From NCBI RefSeq assembly GCF_001447785.1, contig NW_015171566.1, forward strand, positions 3,568 through 67,567: 64,000 bases of DNA, in the 5' to 3' direction. The DNA comes from Gekko japonicus. Its lineage: Eukaryota. The position numbers and the translations under genes were made by a program. The notes under the pieces are model-generated. The model saw only the letters and a list, made by a program, of their open reading frames with translations. It was not told the DNA's origin and ran no database searches. Positions 1 through 18,879 of this stretch are shown one piece after another (the first letter of the stretch is position 1; each line of letters opens with the position of its first letter).

Positions 1-229
1 TGGGCGTATTACCCAAAATACACTAAGGGTTCCCACTTTGAACAGGTTTCCTTTGCAACTGGCTTATTTTAAATGATCTGAGCTAGGTAAGGGGTGTCTT
101 TTACTATTTGCATATATGTATGCAAATGAGAAACTGTCCCCCACCCAATAGTGGGTGGCAAAGATGTCCTGGGCAAGTCCCATAACCACCAGCAGGGCCT
201 GGTGTTGCTATTCCCTTTTGCTCTCCATT

Positions 230-510
230 GCACAGGAAAGCATTTTTAAAAACGCTGAAAACAGATGCTATTTTATTTTGCCCCTATGATTTTTCCCAGC
301 TGCTTAAGAAGCGGAGATTATTTTTTTTTTAATTACCATTATATATCAAGGCTGACGAGATGAACCAAAACGGGGATTTATTTATCTATCATGAAGAAAA
401 TGTATATTATAGTGTATTTTTGTTGTATATTTTGTTAATACAAGTTGAATAATATTCTGTTTAATTAAAAGATATATAGTTTTAAAAGTCCAATTTTTTT
501 CTTGGTTGTC
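230..510 (+). other. Probable 3' UTR end of an upstream gene (ATTAAA at 464-469)
   Basis: Strongly AU-rich tract with ATTTA elements, ATTAAA and a downstream U/GU-rich segment. No coding sequence of this gene is in the window. Confidence 0.35.
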
Positions 511-559
511 GAGAAGAGGGGCCGCTTGGGTTCTTTGGGAGATGAACAGTGACTTGATC

Positions 560-780
560 CATTTTGTGCCCCTCTTTCTTCCCCAGTGGGGCTCCAGAGT
601 AGCTTATGTCATTCTCCCCACCTCCGTTAACCTCACAACAACAGCCCAGCGAGGTAGGTCAGGCTGAGAGAGAGCAGCTGGGCCAGGGGTACCAAGTGAA
701 CTACTGTGGCAGAGTGAGGATTTGAACCTGGGTCTTCTGGATCCTCGTCTGTCCCTCTAACCACGGCACCCCAGTGGCTG
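560..780 (-). mobile_element. Old MIR/CORE-type SINE
   Basis: cctcacaacaac..gaggtagg..gctgagaga..ggatttgaacctgggtct (antisense B-box) pattern. Confidence 0.6.
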
Positions 781-927
781 CTATATCACAGAGAAGGGAA
801 TGTTGGGAAGCAAGCTGCTTTGCTGGGCCAGGAAGGGAACAGAGTCTAGTCAGGGTAACTCAGTAAAGGTTTGGGCACCTCTTATTGAAACCCACAGCCA
901 CTTGGTCACTATAGCAGTGGCAAACTG

Positions 928-1360
928 TTTTGTTGTTGTTGTTGTTCAGTCGCACAGTCGAGTCCGACTCTTCGCGACCCCATGGACCAGCTCCCGCCAG
1001 GCCCTCCTGTCTTCCGCCGTCCTCTGACGTTTGCTCAATTTCATGTGCGTTGCATCGATGACACTGTCTAACCATCTCATCCTTTGCCGCCCCCGTCTTC
1101 TTTGACCTTCAATTTTTCCCAGCATCAGGGTCTTCTCCAGTGAGTGCTCCCTTCTCATTGGGTGGCCAAAGTATTTGAGCTTCAGTTTCAGTATCTGGCC
1201 TTCCAGGGAACAGTCAGGGCTGATTTCTTTTAGGATTGACTGATTTGATCTTCTTGCAGTCCAAGGGACTCTCAAGAGTCTTCTCCAGCACCATAGTTCA
1301 AAAGAATCTATTCTTCGGCACTCGGCCTTCCTTATAGTCCAACTCTCGCAGCCATACATG
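928..1360 (-). mobile_element. RTE-BovB LINE 3' fragment with (CAA)n tail
   Basis: ORF MYGCESWTIRKAECRRIDSFELWCWRRLLRVPWTARRSNQSILKEISPDCSLEGQILKLKLKYFGH..EKTLMLGKIEG..RRRGRQRMRWLD is the BovB C-terminus; (TTG)n tail on the + strand at ~930-947. Confidence 0.92.
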
Positions 1361-2925
1361 CTTACCTGCTTGTAAACTATGCCCTCTCCTCTGGAAGCTG
1401 GAATCGCAGATATGAGGCTGTGATGAGTCATCAGTGGGGGAACTGGACTCTGCCCATTGGCTCAGGAGTACTCTCTTTTTATGGTATGCCCCAGAACTAT
1501 GGGATTTGAGGCCAATGGATGGGATTTAGCTAGAGTTATGGGCTCCGGGTTGGGAAAGACCGGGAGATTTGGGGGGTGGAGTCTGGGGTTTGGGGAGGAC
1601 AAGCACTTCAGTGGGGTACAAGGCCATAAAGTCAGCCTTCCAAAGCAGCCATTTTTCTCCAGGTGAACTGATCTCTCTCGCCTAGAGAGCAGTTGGAATC
1701 CCAGTAGATCTCCAGCCACCACCTGGAGGTTGGCAACCTGCGATCTAGCCCTATTGAGCCTTGATTAAATGTAAATCATGAATACCTCCATCTGGTTTCC
1801 ACAATGAAATGTAAGCCAACCTGATCAGAGTTGGGTTTCATTTGTTTTCAAACTTCAGCTTTCGACTTCAGTCTGAGGCCGGGGGCCGTGACAAGGCATC
1901 TGCTTAGGCCTTTTCTTCTGGCTGGGGCAAGAGGATCTCTTGGCTCTTCTGCCGGCCTCCTCCCCCCCCCCCTCCCCGCCACCCCGGCCCCCTCTGTGTG
2001 CCTTTTTCTACAACGAGAGAACAATGCGGGCATTTCTTGTCACGCTGAGGGGGTGGCTGCAGTTGGCATCCCAACCCTCCGGAGCGGAATGCGGAACGGA
2101 GGGATCGGGCAGATGTACAGAGTAAACAGAGGAGAGAGAGAGACCACTACTGCCAACTCCCCGGCCAGAGCCTGAGCTGTAAGGCTCACATTTCTGTGAT
2201 GGGCTGAGCGACCTGGGGAGAAGAGCCAGGACCAATACTTCCTCTAAGCTGTGGAGTCTTGTGAGCAAAAATTCTACCTTGTGAGCTACCGCCATTAAAG
2301 TTGTGAGTGAGTGATTTGGCTGCTGCATAAATCAGTTTGCTCTGGAGCCCTCCTTCCTGAGCTAAGACAAAAATCCGTGAGCTGGAGGCTAAAAAACTGT
2401 GAGCTCGCTCACACTAACTCAGCTTAGAGGGAACCCTGGCCAGTCTAGGAGGGGGATCTCATGAGGGAGAACCAGAGCCTTAAGAAGTCCTCCTGCAATC
2501 TCTTCTTTTCCCTCCCAGCCTCTGACTCTTATTCCAAAGGCCAGGGCGCACAGTCTCTCCCAGCCTCTGGGTACGCCTCTGCTAAAAATCCACCAGGAAG
2601 AGCTTCCCCCAGCACTCCATCTCCTGCAGGAGAAATCCACACCATTTGAATTACTGCCTGCTGTGCTGATGTTAAACGTATGGGAGCCCTGACCACCCAC
2701 AAATAAAACTTAATTCCTTCAGAGCCATCCCAAATTCCTTCTTAAGAGCTTCTAGTTATCCCAGGGGGCCCTTCTGTCTCTCCCTCTGTGCCCAATCCCC
2801 TTGATACGTTGGCTCTTCAATCCAGACTCTGATGCTCTGCGCAGTCCAGTTTTGTGCATATTTTCTCAGACGTCCTACTGAGTTCAATGGGGATTCCTCC
2901 ACAGTGGCATTCTTATGTAAGGTTA

Positions 2926-3642
2926 AAAGGTAAAGGTAAAGGCTTCCCTTGCTCGAAAGCTAGTCAAATCCAACTCTAGGGAGCGGTGCTCATCTCCATT
3001 TCCAAGCCGAAGAGCCAGTGCTGTCTGAAGATGTTTCTGTGGTAATGTGGCCGGCATGACTAGATGCCGAGATGCACAGAACGCTGTTATCTTCCCACTG
3101 AAGCGGTACCTATTTATCTACTTGCAATTTCTTGCTTTCGAACTGCTAGGCTGGCAGGAGCTGGGGCCAGAGATGGGAGCTCACTCCCATCACACGGCAC
3201 TCGGGTCTCGAACCGCTGAACTACAGACCTGTCAGTCTGCAGCTCAGCATCTTAACCTCTGAGCCACCGCAACCTCTATGTAAAGTTAAAGGTAAAGGTA
3301 AAGGTTCCCTTGCTCGAAAGCCAGTCGAATCCGACTCTAGGGTTGCGGTGCTCATCTCCGTTTCCAAGCCGAAGAGCCAGCGCTGTCTGAAGACGTTTCT
3401 GTGGTCATGTGGCCGGCATGACTAAACACCAAGGCGCACGGAACGCTGTTACCTTCCCACCGAAGTGGCGCCTATTTATCTACTTGCAATTTCTTGCTTT
3501 CGAACTGCTAGGTTGGCAGGAGCTGGGGCCAGAGACGGGAGCTCACTCCATCATGCGGCACCCAGTTCTCGAACTGCTGAACTACCGACCTTCCACAGCC
3601 TGCAGTTCAGCGTCTTAACCACTTGAGCCACCGCAGCTCCTT
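2926..3642 (-). mobile_element. Two tandem Sauria SINEs (2926-3276, 3289-3642)
   Basis: (AAAGGT)n is the antisense of the (ACCTTT)n Sauria tail; diagnostic body catgtggccggcatgact..cctatttatctacttgc..tgctttcgaactgctagg. Confidence 0.88.
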
Positions 3643-4223
3643 TATGTAAAGTTACTGAGGAGTAAATGTGATTGTGTATAACTGTGGACCCAGCATGGTG
3701 TAGGGGCTACAGCCCGGGCCCCCAAAGCAGCCTAGTGCCTGGTGCCCACCAAGCCTTTTTAGAAAGGGGGCGGGGCTTCTGACTGGCCATTGGAGAGTGG
3801 CTTGGCTGTGCAGTACTTTTTAAAGTTGCTTCCGCAGCAGCGGCCACCACAGTACAAAAATCTTACACGGCGTGGCCAAAGCAGCGCATACACAAGAAAA
3901 CCTTTTTAAACGACATGTTCATTTTAAAATGGTATCCTGTTAAACACTGTTAACAGTTCTTCTGCCTAAATGCTGAAGAGTTACTAATAGAGTTGTTCAT
4001 AACCCCACTCCTCAGCAGGAGGCAGGTCTCTCCCCACCAGTGGTCAAGTGGCAAGCCTATTTCTCAGCACAGCCTACCTTAAAAAAAAAAATGAACAGTT
4101 TTCACAGCAAAAGTTTTCACTCCTTATCTTATCACCCTCTCAGCATTTGAAGGTCTCCAGCATGAGATTGCCCTAGCTGGATCAGGTAAGTAGATTTAAC
4201 TCAAAAGTATATTAAGTTATGAT

Positions 4224-4615
4224 CAGGGGTCATTTCCTGCAGGAGCGCACAGGAGCGGAGCTCCAGCAGTAAAGAGCCCAGGGGGCAGGCACATGCCACA
4301 AGCCCCACCCCCTGCTCCCAGCAGCCCTCAGTCAGAGCAAGAAGCATTGCAGAGGCTCCCCCCGGCCCCCGGTCCAAAACAGTCCAGTGGCACCTTTAAG
4401 ACCAGGTTTTATTCAGGTACAAGCTCTACCTCCTCTGCAAGGACAGATCTGCATGTGCCCCCCCCCCCATAGCTAGCAATCCAAAACAGTCCAGTGGAGC
4501 CTGAGCGGTGGGTGTTGCCTTCTGACACAATTCCGGTGATGTCAGGGGGTGTGGCATATGCAAATGAGTTATGCTAACTAGCTCCTGCACCTCTATTTCT
4601 ACAAAATGACCCCTG
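4224..4615. mobile_element. hAT-like MITE (TIR CAGGGGTCATTT); related inverted copy at 37443-37921
   Basis: TSD gttatgat (4216-4223/4616-4623); internal ATGCAAAT/ATGCTAA motifs. Confidence 0.8.
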
Positions 4616-5126
4616 GTTATGATAATGTGGATTTTTAGGTAGCACAGCCTACCTCACAGGGTAGTTGTGTGTGCACAAAACAGGATGGAGAATGATGCTG
4701 TAAGCTGATCCATTGGGGATAAAAGCGGGGTATAAATGCCTAAACAAATAAACGCGGTGGAGAAGAGCAAGAGAGTCCAGTAGCACATTAAAGACTAGCA
4801 AAATATGTGGCAGGGGATGAGCTTTCGTGAGTCACTGCTGCTCACATATTTTGTTAGTCTTTTAAGATGCTACTGGACTCTTAGTCTGTCTGTAGCAGCA
4901 GAAAAGAGCAAGATGGCTACCCATCTTGATCTATCTTCAAATAAATGTACTCGGCGATGCTTGCGGCTGCTAATAAAGCAGTTCTTTGTAGGGTTACACA
5001 GGAAAAAATCTCGCTTGAGCCTGCGATCCTATGGCCACATTTTCCCTGGAAGATAGCCCTAACGAATTAAAACGGAAATGGTATTGAAACACATAAACAG
5101 TACCTTTAAACAAATTAACCCCCCCC

Positions 5127-5896
5127 NNNNNNNNNNNNNNNNNNNNNNNNNNNNNNNNNNNNNNNNNNNNNNNNNNNNNNNNNNNNNNNNNNNNNNNNNN
5201 NNNNNNNNNNNNNNNNNNNNNNNNNNNNNNNNNNNNNNNNNNNNNNNNNNNNNNNNNNNNNNNNNNNNNNNNNNNNNNNNNNNNNNNNNNNNNNNNNNNN
5301 NNNNNNNNNNNNNNNNNNNNNNNNNNNNNNNNNNNNNNNNNNNNNNNNNNNNNNNNNNNNNNNNNNNNNNNNNNNNNNNNNNNNNNNNNNNNNNNNNNNN
5401 NNNNNNNNNNNNNNNNNNNNNNNNNNNNNNNNNNNNNNNNNNNNNNNNNNNNNNNNNNNNNNNNNNNNNNNNNNNNNNNNNNNNNNNNNNNNNNNNNNNN
5501 NNNNNNNNNNNNNNNNNNNNNNNNNNNNNNNNNNNNNNNNNNNNNNNNNNNNNNNNNNNNNNNNNNNNNNNNNNNNNNNNNNNNNNNNNNNNNNNNNNNN
5601 NNNNNNNNNNNNNNNNNNNNNNNNNNNNNNNNNNNNNNNNNNNNNNNNNNNNNNNNNNNNNNNNNNNNNNNNNNNNNNNNNNNNNNNNNNNNNNNNNNNN
5701 NNNNNNNNNNNNNNNNNNNNNNNNNNNNNNNNNNNNNNNNNNNNNNNNNNNNNNNNNNNNNNNNNNNNNNNNNNNNNNNNNNNNNNNNNNNNNNNNNNNN
5801 NNNNNNNNNNNNNNNNNNNNNNNNNNNNNNNNNNNNNNNNNNNNNNNNNNNNNNNNNNNNNNNNNNNNNNNNNNNNNNNNNNNNNNNNNNNNNNNN
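5127..5896. other. Assembly gap (others: 12757-12856, 31837-32058, 40249-40656, 62645-62723)
   Basis: Runs of N. Confidence 1.
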
Positions 5897-6708
5897 TTTC
5901 ACCCCCCCCCCTTTTTTTGGCAAATCAAAAATTTTGATTCTGGGACTGGAGCCTTCTTCATGTAGCTGCCTTGAATGCTGGCCCTGAAGCACAAACCCTC
6001 TCTCCCTCCGGAGCAGGCGAAAGCCCTCCCCACCACTGTTTGAGTTCCCTCCTCCTGGATTTCGTATGTTTCCTCCCTGGGAGACCTTGGCCTCACGTTC
6101 TCATTCACTTTCACCGCACCAGTCAGCACCCTCGGTTTTGAATTTAGGGGAAACGACTCTTTCTGGAAGCAACGGCGCATCGTTTCCCACCCTCCACTCT
6201 CCCCCCCCCCATCCCTCCCATCCTACTGGAAGAAAGTCAAGATTCTGATCAACTCTAGATCTGTCTGTTACGTCTGAGGACGACTCATTTTCAGCAGCCT
6301 CATTTCAACTTTATTCTGCGGCTTCCTGGCATTGTGGAAAGGCACTTCTCTTGGCACGCAGAGGTGTGTGGCTTTTTCCAGTCGTTTGATTTTTCTTTTA
6401 AGGACACAAAAGCATCTGGAAGACACAGGGGCTGTGCACTGCGTAACCCTTTCCCCAGAACTGGAGGCGGGGGGGGGGGGGGGACTGGACCTGGCAGAAA
6501 TATTCAGCATTCCTGTTCTTTGAGGCATCCTTTTGAAGGGGCTGGGGGAGGTCTATTTTGTGCCTTACGGAGACCCCCTTTAGCTGCCATGGGGCTTTAA
6601 GGCAGAACAGATTTCCCACTGGCGAGTGTGGGAGTGGTGGCGAATCTCTGCAGGAAGGAAGGAAGGAGCGTGACAGAAACCGGGAGGAGGAGCTGACCCA
6701 GCACGTGA

Positions 6709-13934
<7,226 letters not shown>

Positions 13935-15071
13935 AATGGGGAGGGGGGACTTTTGTCTTTTCACCCCTCCCACTCCAAATTCGAAACGAGGACTGGACAC
14001 TGTGGGTGGGGGCAGTAAAAATGTTGTGTGTGGGGGTTGGGATCTGGGTGGGAGGGGTATGGGAAAGAATGGCAGCCCCCTCTCCACGGCTGCCGGGATG
14101 GAAGAGTCAGATAAGTCCTGAAATTCCTCCTTGCTGGTGGGAGGGACGGTGTCTGCCGAAACGGGGCCGGGGGCAGACTGAGGAGCATTAAAAGATTCTG
14201 CTGAAACAAGTGGAGCACTCTGCTACGAGGTCATGAGAAGAACGGGCCTTTCTAAACCTCTGCAGTGTTGCCCGTAAACTCCCCCCCTTTATTTTACCCC
14301 TCTGCCCTGCCCCCTTGTTCAATCACTAGGAATAGGGGCAGGAAAACAAGGTGGACATTAACCTTTGAGAACCGTTCTCTGATTTACAGGCTCACTTGCG
14401 GTTAATGAGGCACAAGTCAGCGTGAGGAGGACCTAAGGAAGGCGTCTCAACATTTCACCTAGCAATACTTTCCCCCCTTTTGGTTTGCTCCGTTAAGGGC
14501 TGGGGTGGGTGGGTGGGAGGACTGCATTCTGGCCCGAGGGATGGGTTGGGAGGTGGGTGAGGAGCTTGGCCATGTTCCCCTCTTCTTGTTCTGTGGGACA
14601 GGAGCGTCCCTCACTTCCTACAGACCCTGGGCATTTAGGAGAAAAATGATGTCTGTTCATGACCAAATAGGACTGGGGCTGAACAAGTCTATTTCTTTGC
14701 CGGCAGGCTTGGCCTGTGGGTGCCAACTGGTCAGTCCAGCTTCCCCCCCTCCCCCCGGAAACCAACAGGGGGTGTGGTGGGGGGGGGCTTATGTGTGGGG
14801 GGCTCATCTCAACTAGAAGTTAGGAGAGGATGGCTGGAGCATCAGTTCTCTGCCCTGCAGTCATCAAGCTGTGTGGGTGTGTCAGGGCTGCAGTCTCATC
14901 TCCCCCCCTCCCCCCCCAGTCATTCATCCGGGGCCCCCTCTGTGCAATACGTTTTGCTTCTTGAATTATTTTATATACACACAAATGAATATGTATAGGA
15001 TTAAAACTTTTTTTGTTTTGTTTTAACCCACTGCTAATGGCATTAAACTTGGTAAGGAGACACCACTGTTC

Positions 15072-15077
15072 AATAAA
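15072..15077 (+). terminator. Likely poly(A) signal (AATAAA) of the RAB35-like gene
   Basis: AATAAA about 1.1 kb after the stop codon, preceded by AU-rich sequence and followed by a T-rich tract. Confidence 0.6.
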
Positions 15078-15711
15078 GGCGCATTTAGATATGAAACAGA
15101 CTCAGATTTTTTTTATTTTCCCCAAGATGGGTTATCCCTCCTGAGGTCTTGGAGCCAGTGAGGGCATCACTCTGGGGATGGGATTGAAAGGCTGTTTTTA
15201 TTGGTAGTCCAGTTGCCGTATCTCAACCTAAATCTATAGGGGGGGATTACAAGGATAAAATGGGATGTGGGGTGGCACATTAAGACCTAAGCACCTTTGG
15301 GCACCCTCTTGTCAATTACCGGCCCTAGTAGCCCAACCTCATCAGAGTTTGGACATGAAGCAGGGTTGGTACTTGGATGGGAGACCAACAAGGAAGACAG
15401 CGAGAAACCACCTCCTCTGATCTCTTGCCCTGAGGACCCCATGAGGAGGAACTTCGTAGGGTCGCCATGAGTTGGTTGCTTCACCTTACCCTTAGATTCC
15501 TATCAGAGAAAAAGAACAAACGGTTGCCCACAATTTACATCTGGAAGAGGATCCAACTATTGCAGTCTACTCGAAAATGTTCAGTATTGCTAAACTGGAG
15601 TAAAATGTCTCTGGTAAAACTTATAAGGCTGGATAATAGTGCCATTTGCTGAAAGTCTTGACAGGCCAGCCAGTAAGAAATCAGTGTGTTGCTGCAATGA
15701 GGGATGGAAGC

Positions 15712-17671
15712 TCATATTTCCATCTCTTCTTGTGTCACCCCCACTTCCTGCTGAAGTTGTGCGGAAGCGCCCAAAGAAGACGGGGTTGCCATCAGTGTCC
15801 GGATGGTGGGCACCACGGAGTTTCCAGGAGGGCTCCACAGGACAACTTCGGTGCAAGGGTTCCTTTGAGAAGGAGAGAAGTTGGTAGTTATTGATACAAA
15901 TAATTCATTCTGGACTGTCGTCCTTCCCCATATCCAAAGTTATACTTACAGAGAGAGCAATACCTCTTCAGGTATAAGGCTGACCTCTCCAAGTGACCCC
16001 TGGAAGAGGGAAGGAAGCGTCAGCAGGGGGCAGTCCGGCATAATGAATTCCCCATCCACAACTACGTCGCCACAGTCATTTTCCTCTTCCGTCGAACTGG
16101 ATTCTTCATTTACACTATCTTGGGACAGCCTGGAAGATAGACAGCAAGCCCCACAAACTCAAAGCATTGTCATTCACGTTCCCTGGTGATGTTCTAAAGC
16201 ACGAAGCTGCAGGGATCTCTTCTACCTGCGCTGCAGTTCTTTGAGTCGTGCGTAGGCCTGCTGCCACTTGGGATCTTCCTCTTGGACTGGGAAGCCATTG
16301 GAACCGTACATGTGATCATTGTCCAGGCTGAGGGAGTTAAAGCGGGCAGCCATCTTGTCCTCTGAGAGGAAGTGCTTAGAACCTGGTTCCCTGTGGATAC
16401 AGGGATAGAGTGAAGGCAACTGGCAAGGAATTAATGGTATGTTTGTCACTCAGTGCTACACACAGCCCTTCACATTCCAGCAAGTTACTACGAAATGAAG
16501 GATTCCACAGAGTGGTATGGTATTTCGTGCTATGCTTGGACCCTCCTTGTACTGCACTGTGCCCGTATTAAGCTGGACAGAGAGATTTCAATATATTCAG
16601 CGGTATCTGAGGAAAGGAGACATGACCTCAATTCCCGTGAAGTGAAGTTCATAACACCCTAGTGAATATGAGAGAGCCTACTGAGTTAAATATACATGTA
16701 AATATGTCTTTAGTGGGTGGCAGCTTGTTCACAGTGTACTAACTTCTACAGAATTGTCAAGACTGAGCACGTACTGGGAAAATAGTAAGATCTAATTCCA
16801 GAGGGAGTCACATTATATTTTGCCAGCTAAGGTGCCACTGGAAAGTAAGATGCAGATCATGCAGAGTTCCAACTTGTATGCACAATGAGGAAATAGGATT
16901 ATGAAGACACAGGGGGCTCTCTCTTTGTGAAACTCCCATCATGCACTGCACTGACGTTATCTTCCCTTCACCTCCCCCCACACTTACTGGTCTCGGTTCT
17001 CCAGGTGCCGTTTGAAAGCAAGGGATGCAGGCCGGCAGCTAAAACAAGAGGTTTAGAGTTACATTCAAGGGCCAAAAATCCCACATCCTTGTTACCTTGG
17101 TCAACCAGTGTAAGTTTCAGTCAAAACTGTCACATGTCCCAAGCACAGCAGCCATTCAAGGCCTTTTCAGCCTGTTGCCACAATTTTTTCCTCTTTCCCA
17201 CACCGCATTTTTATTACACCTTACAGTCTACCCCAAGATCACATACAATGTTTAGTTGTGTATCCTTTAACTTCACACTCTTCTCTTGTTTTCAGGGCCA
17301 TTCAGCTAGCAAAGTGGGAAAGGCCAAGGGTTGCAGGTTTCCTCCTCCATTGTAATTTTGGAAGCACAAAATGGTAGCTATGCCTGTGAATAATGGCACC
17401 CCCCCTCTCTTCCCCCCCCTCATTTCCTTCCAACTTTTCCCAATAAAAATCACGGCTAAGTGAAAAGCATTTCTCACCGGGACCGCTGTGTACCAATGGC
17501 CTTCACCAGCATGTGGTTTTGCCGCATCCGTGGTATTCTGCGTGGCACTTCCTGCTGCCACTCAGAGGCCCTGCTCTGGCTCCAGCTCACAGCTCGACTT
17601 AGAAGGGAGCAGGGCAAGGGGTGGCTGGAGGGAAGCACCAGGGGTGGCTGCTGGCAGGTTGTGGGATCCAT
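15712..17671 (-). CDS. HCFC1R1: Host cell factor C1 regulator 1 (HPIP), coding exons 17671-17478, 17038-16988, 16390-16226, 16129-15950, 15862-15712; 246 aa
   Basis: Translation includes AFKRHLENRDQEPGSKHFLSEDKMAARFNSLSLDNDHMYGS (HCF-binding motif DHxY), NPCTEVVLWSPPG and a C-terminal EEMEI, matching recalled human HPIP blocks. All introns are phase 2 and GT-AG, 741 nt in total. Head-to-head with THOC6 as in mammals. The start ATG at 17671 is inferred. Confidence 0.88.
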
Positions 17672-18206
17672 CTGTGGGGGGAAACACAAAAGAGTGTCAA
17701 ACAGATGCTCCTCTCCAATGCAAGGCCCGAGTGTGATTCACTTGGCCCTGCGGAACATGAGGGAAACTTTTCTGGTTGAAGGTTTACTGATCACAGTTTG
17801 TTTGAAAGCTACCTTAAAGATGGCTCAGGGAGTCTCAGCTAGTGTTATGAGCCAATGGGGACAGCTTAAGTCATTGTCTTCCAGTGCCGGGGAGCCCTTT
17901 CTACTTCGACTGATTTGCAGAGGGGCCCCTAACACATTTGCCACAGAACTCCTGTGTGCCAGAGAGGATTCGGGGAAAGGAACCCATATGGAACCCAGTA
18001 GAAGATAACAGGATGCCCCTATAGTTTCTGGGGACAACCTATTACCTTCTACAGCTGCACAGTTGTTGTTTTTTGGGGGGAGCTGCCTTTCAAACATACT
18101 GTCATTACAGATCTTTTTATTCAGTCATTCCAAATAACTTCTGTCTGAAAACCACTGCATTTGAGCGGTGGCTCAGAACCTCCACTGGCTTCCTGTTCCT
18201 TTTGGG

Positions 18207-18545
18207 CACAATCGCAGGGGCTGCCTTTGCCCTAGAAAGTCTGGGCTTGGCTATCTGAGAGATGGTCTCCTTCCCTGCCTCCCATGATGGTCTCTACCCA
18301 TTGGCTGAGAAAAGCTACGGGACTGGCAAGTCTGAACAGAGAGGGCGGGTTGTTCCTCACATTCAGCCCTTCTTTCACACAATCGCAGGGGCTGCCTTTG
18401 CCCTAGGAAGTCTGGGCTTGGCTATCTGAGATGGTCTCCTTCCCTGTCTCCCATGACGGTCTCTACCCATCGACTGAGAAAAGCTACAGGACTGCCAAGT
18501 CTAAACAGAGAGGGCAGGTTGTTCCTCACATTCAGCCCTTCTTTC
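18207..18545. repeat. Tandem duplication, two ~170-bp units (starting at 18207 and 18378)
   Basis: cacaatcgcaggggctgcctttgcccta..cacattcagcccttctttc occurs twice with scattered mismatches and a 2-nt indel. Confidence 0.9.
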
Positions 18546-18879
18546 CCAACAAACGTTTATTTAAAATACTGAGTCCTTGCTTCTGCTACTGTCCAAAGCG
18601 GCTTGCTCACCTGTTACTATCATACGGAGCCCCACTATATGTAACTAGGGCAGTAATGCTATGAGGCAAGGTTAAACCGCTGCTTTTGTTCCCACAATGT
18701 AAAAAGGGCCGAGATAATTCCCATGATCCTTAGCACCTGCCAAGTCAATTCAGGCTGAAACAAATTGCTTTGACCTGAATTCTACCTACCTAAGCTGGGT
18801 ACACCCCTCCCCCTCCCCACACACACACACACACACACAATGTCAAGGATATAAGAGGGATCCCAGCAAGCTTTGCGCC

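Noticed and set aside
4994-5992. Long ORFs spanning N runs (also around 12.7, 31.9, 40.3 and 62.6 kb)
   Set aside because: Artefacts of assembly gaps.
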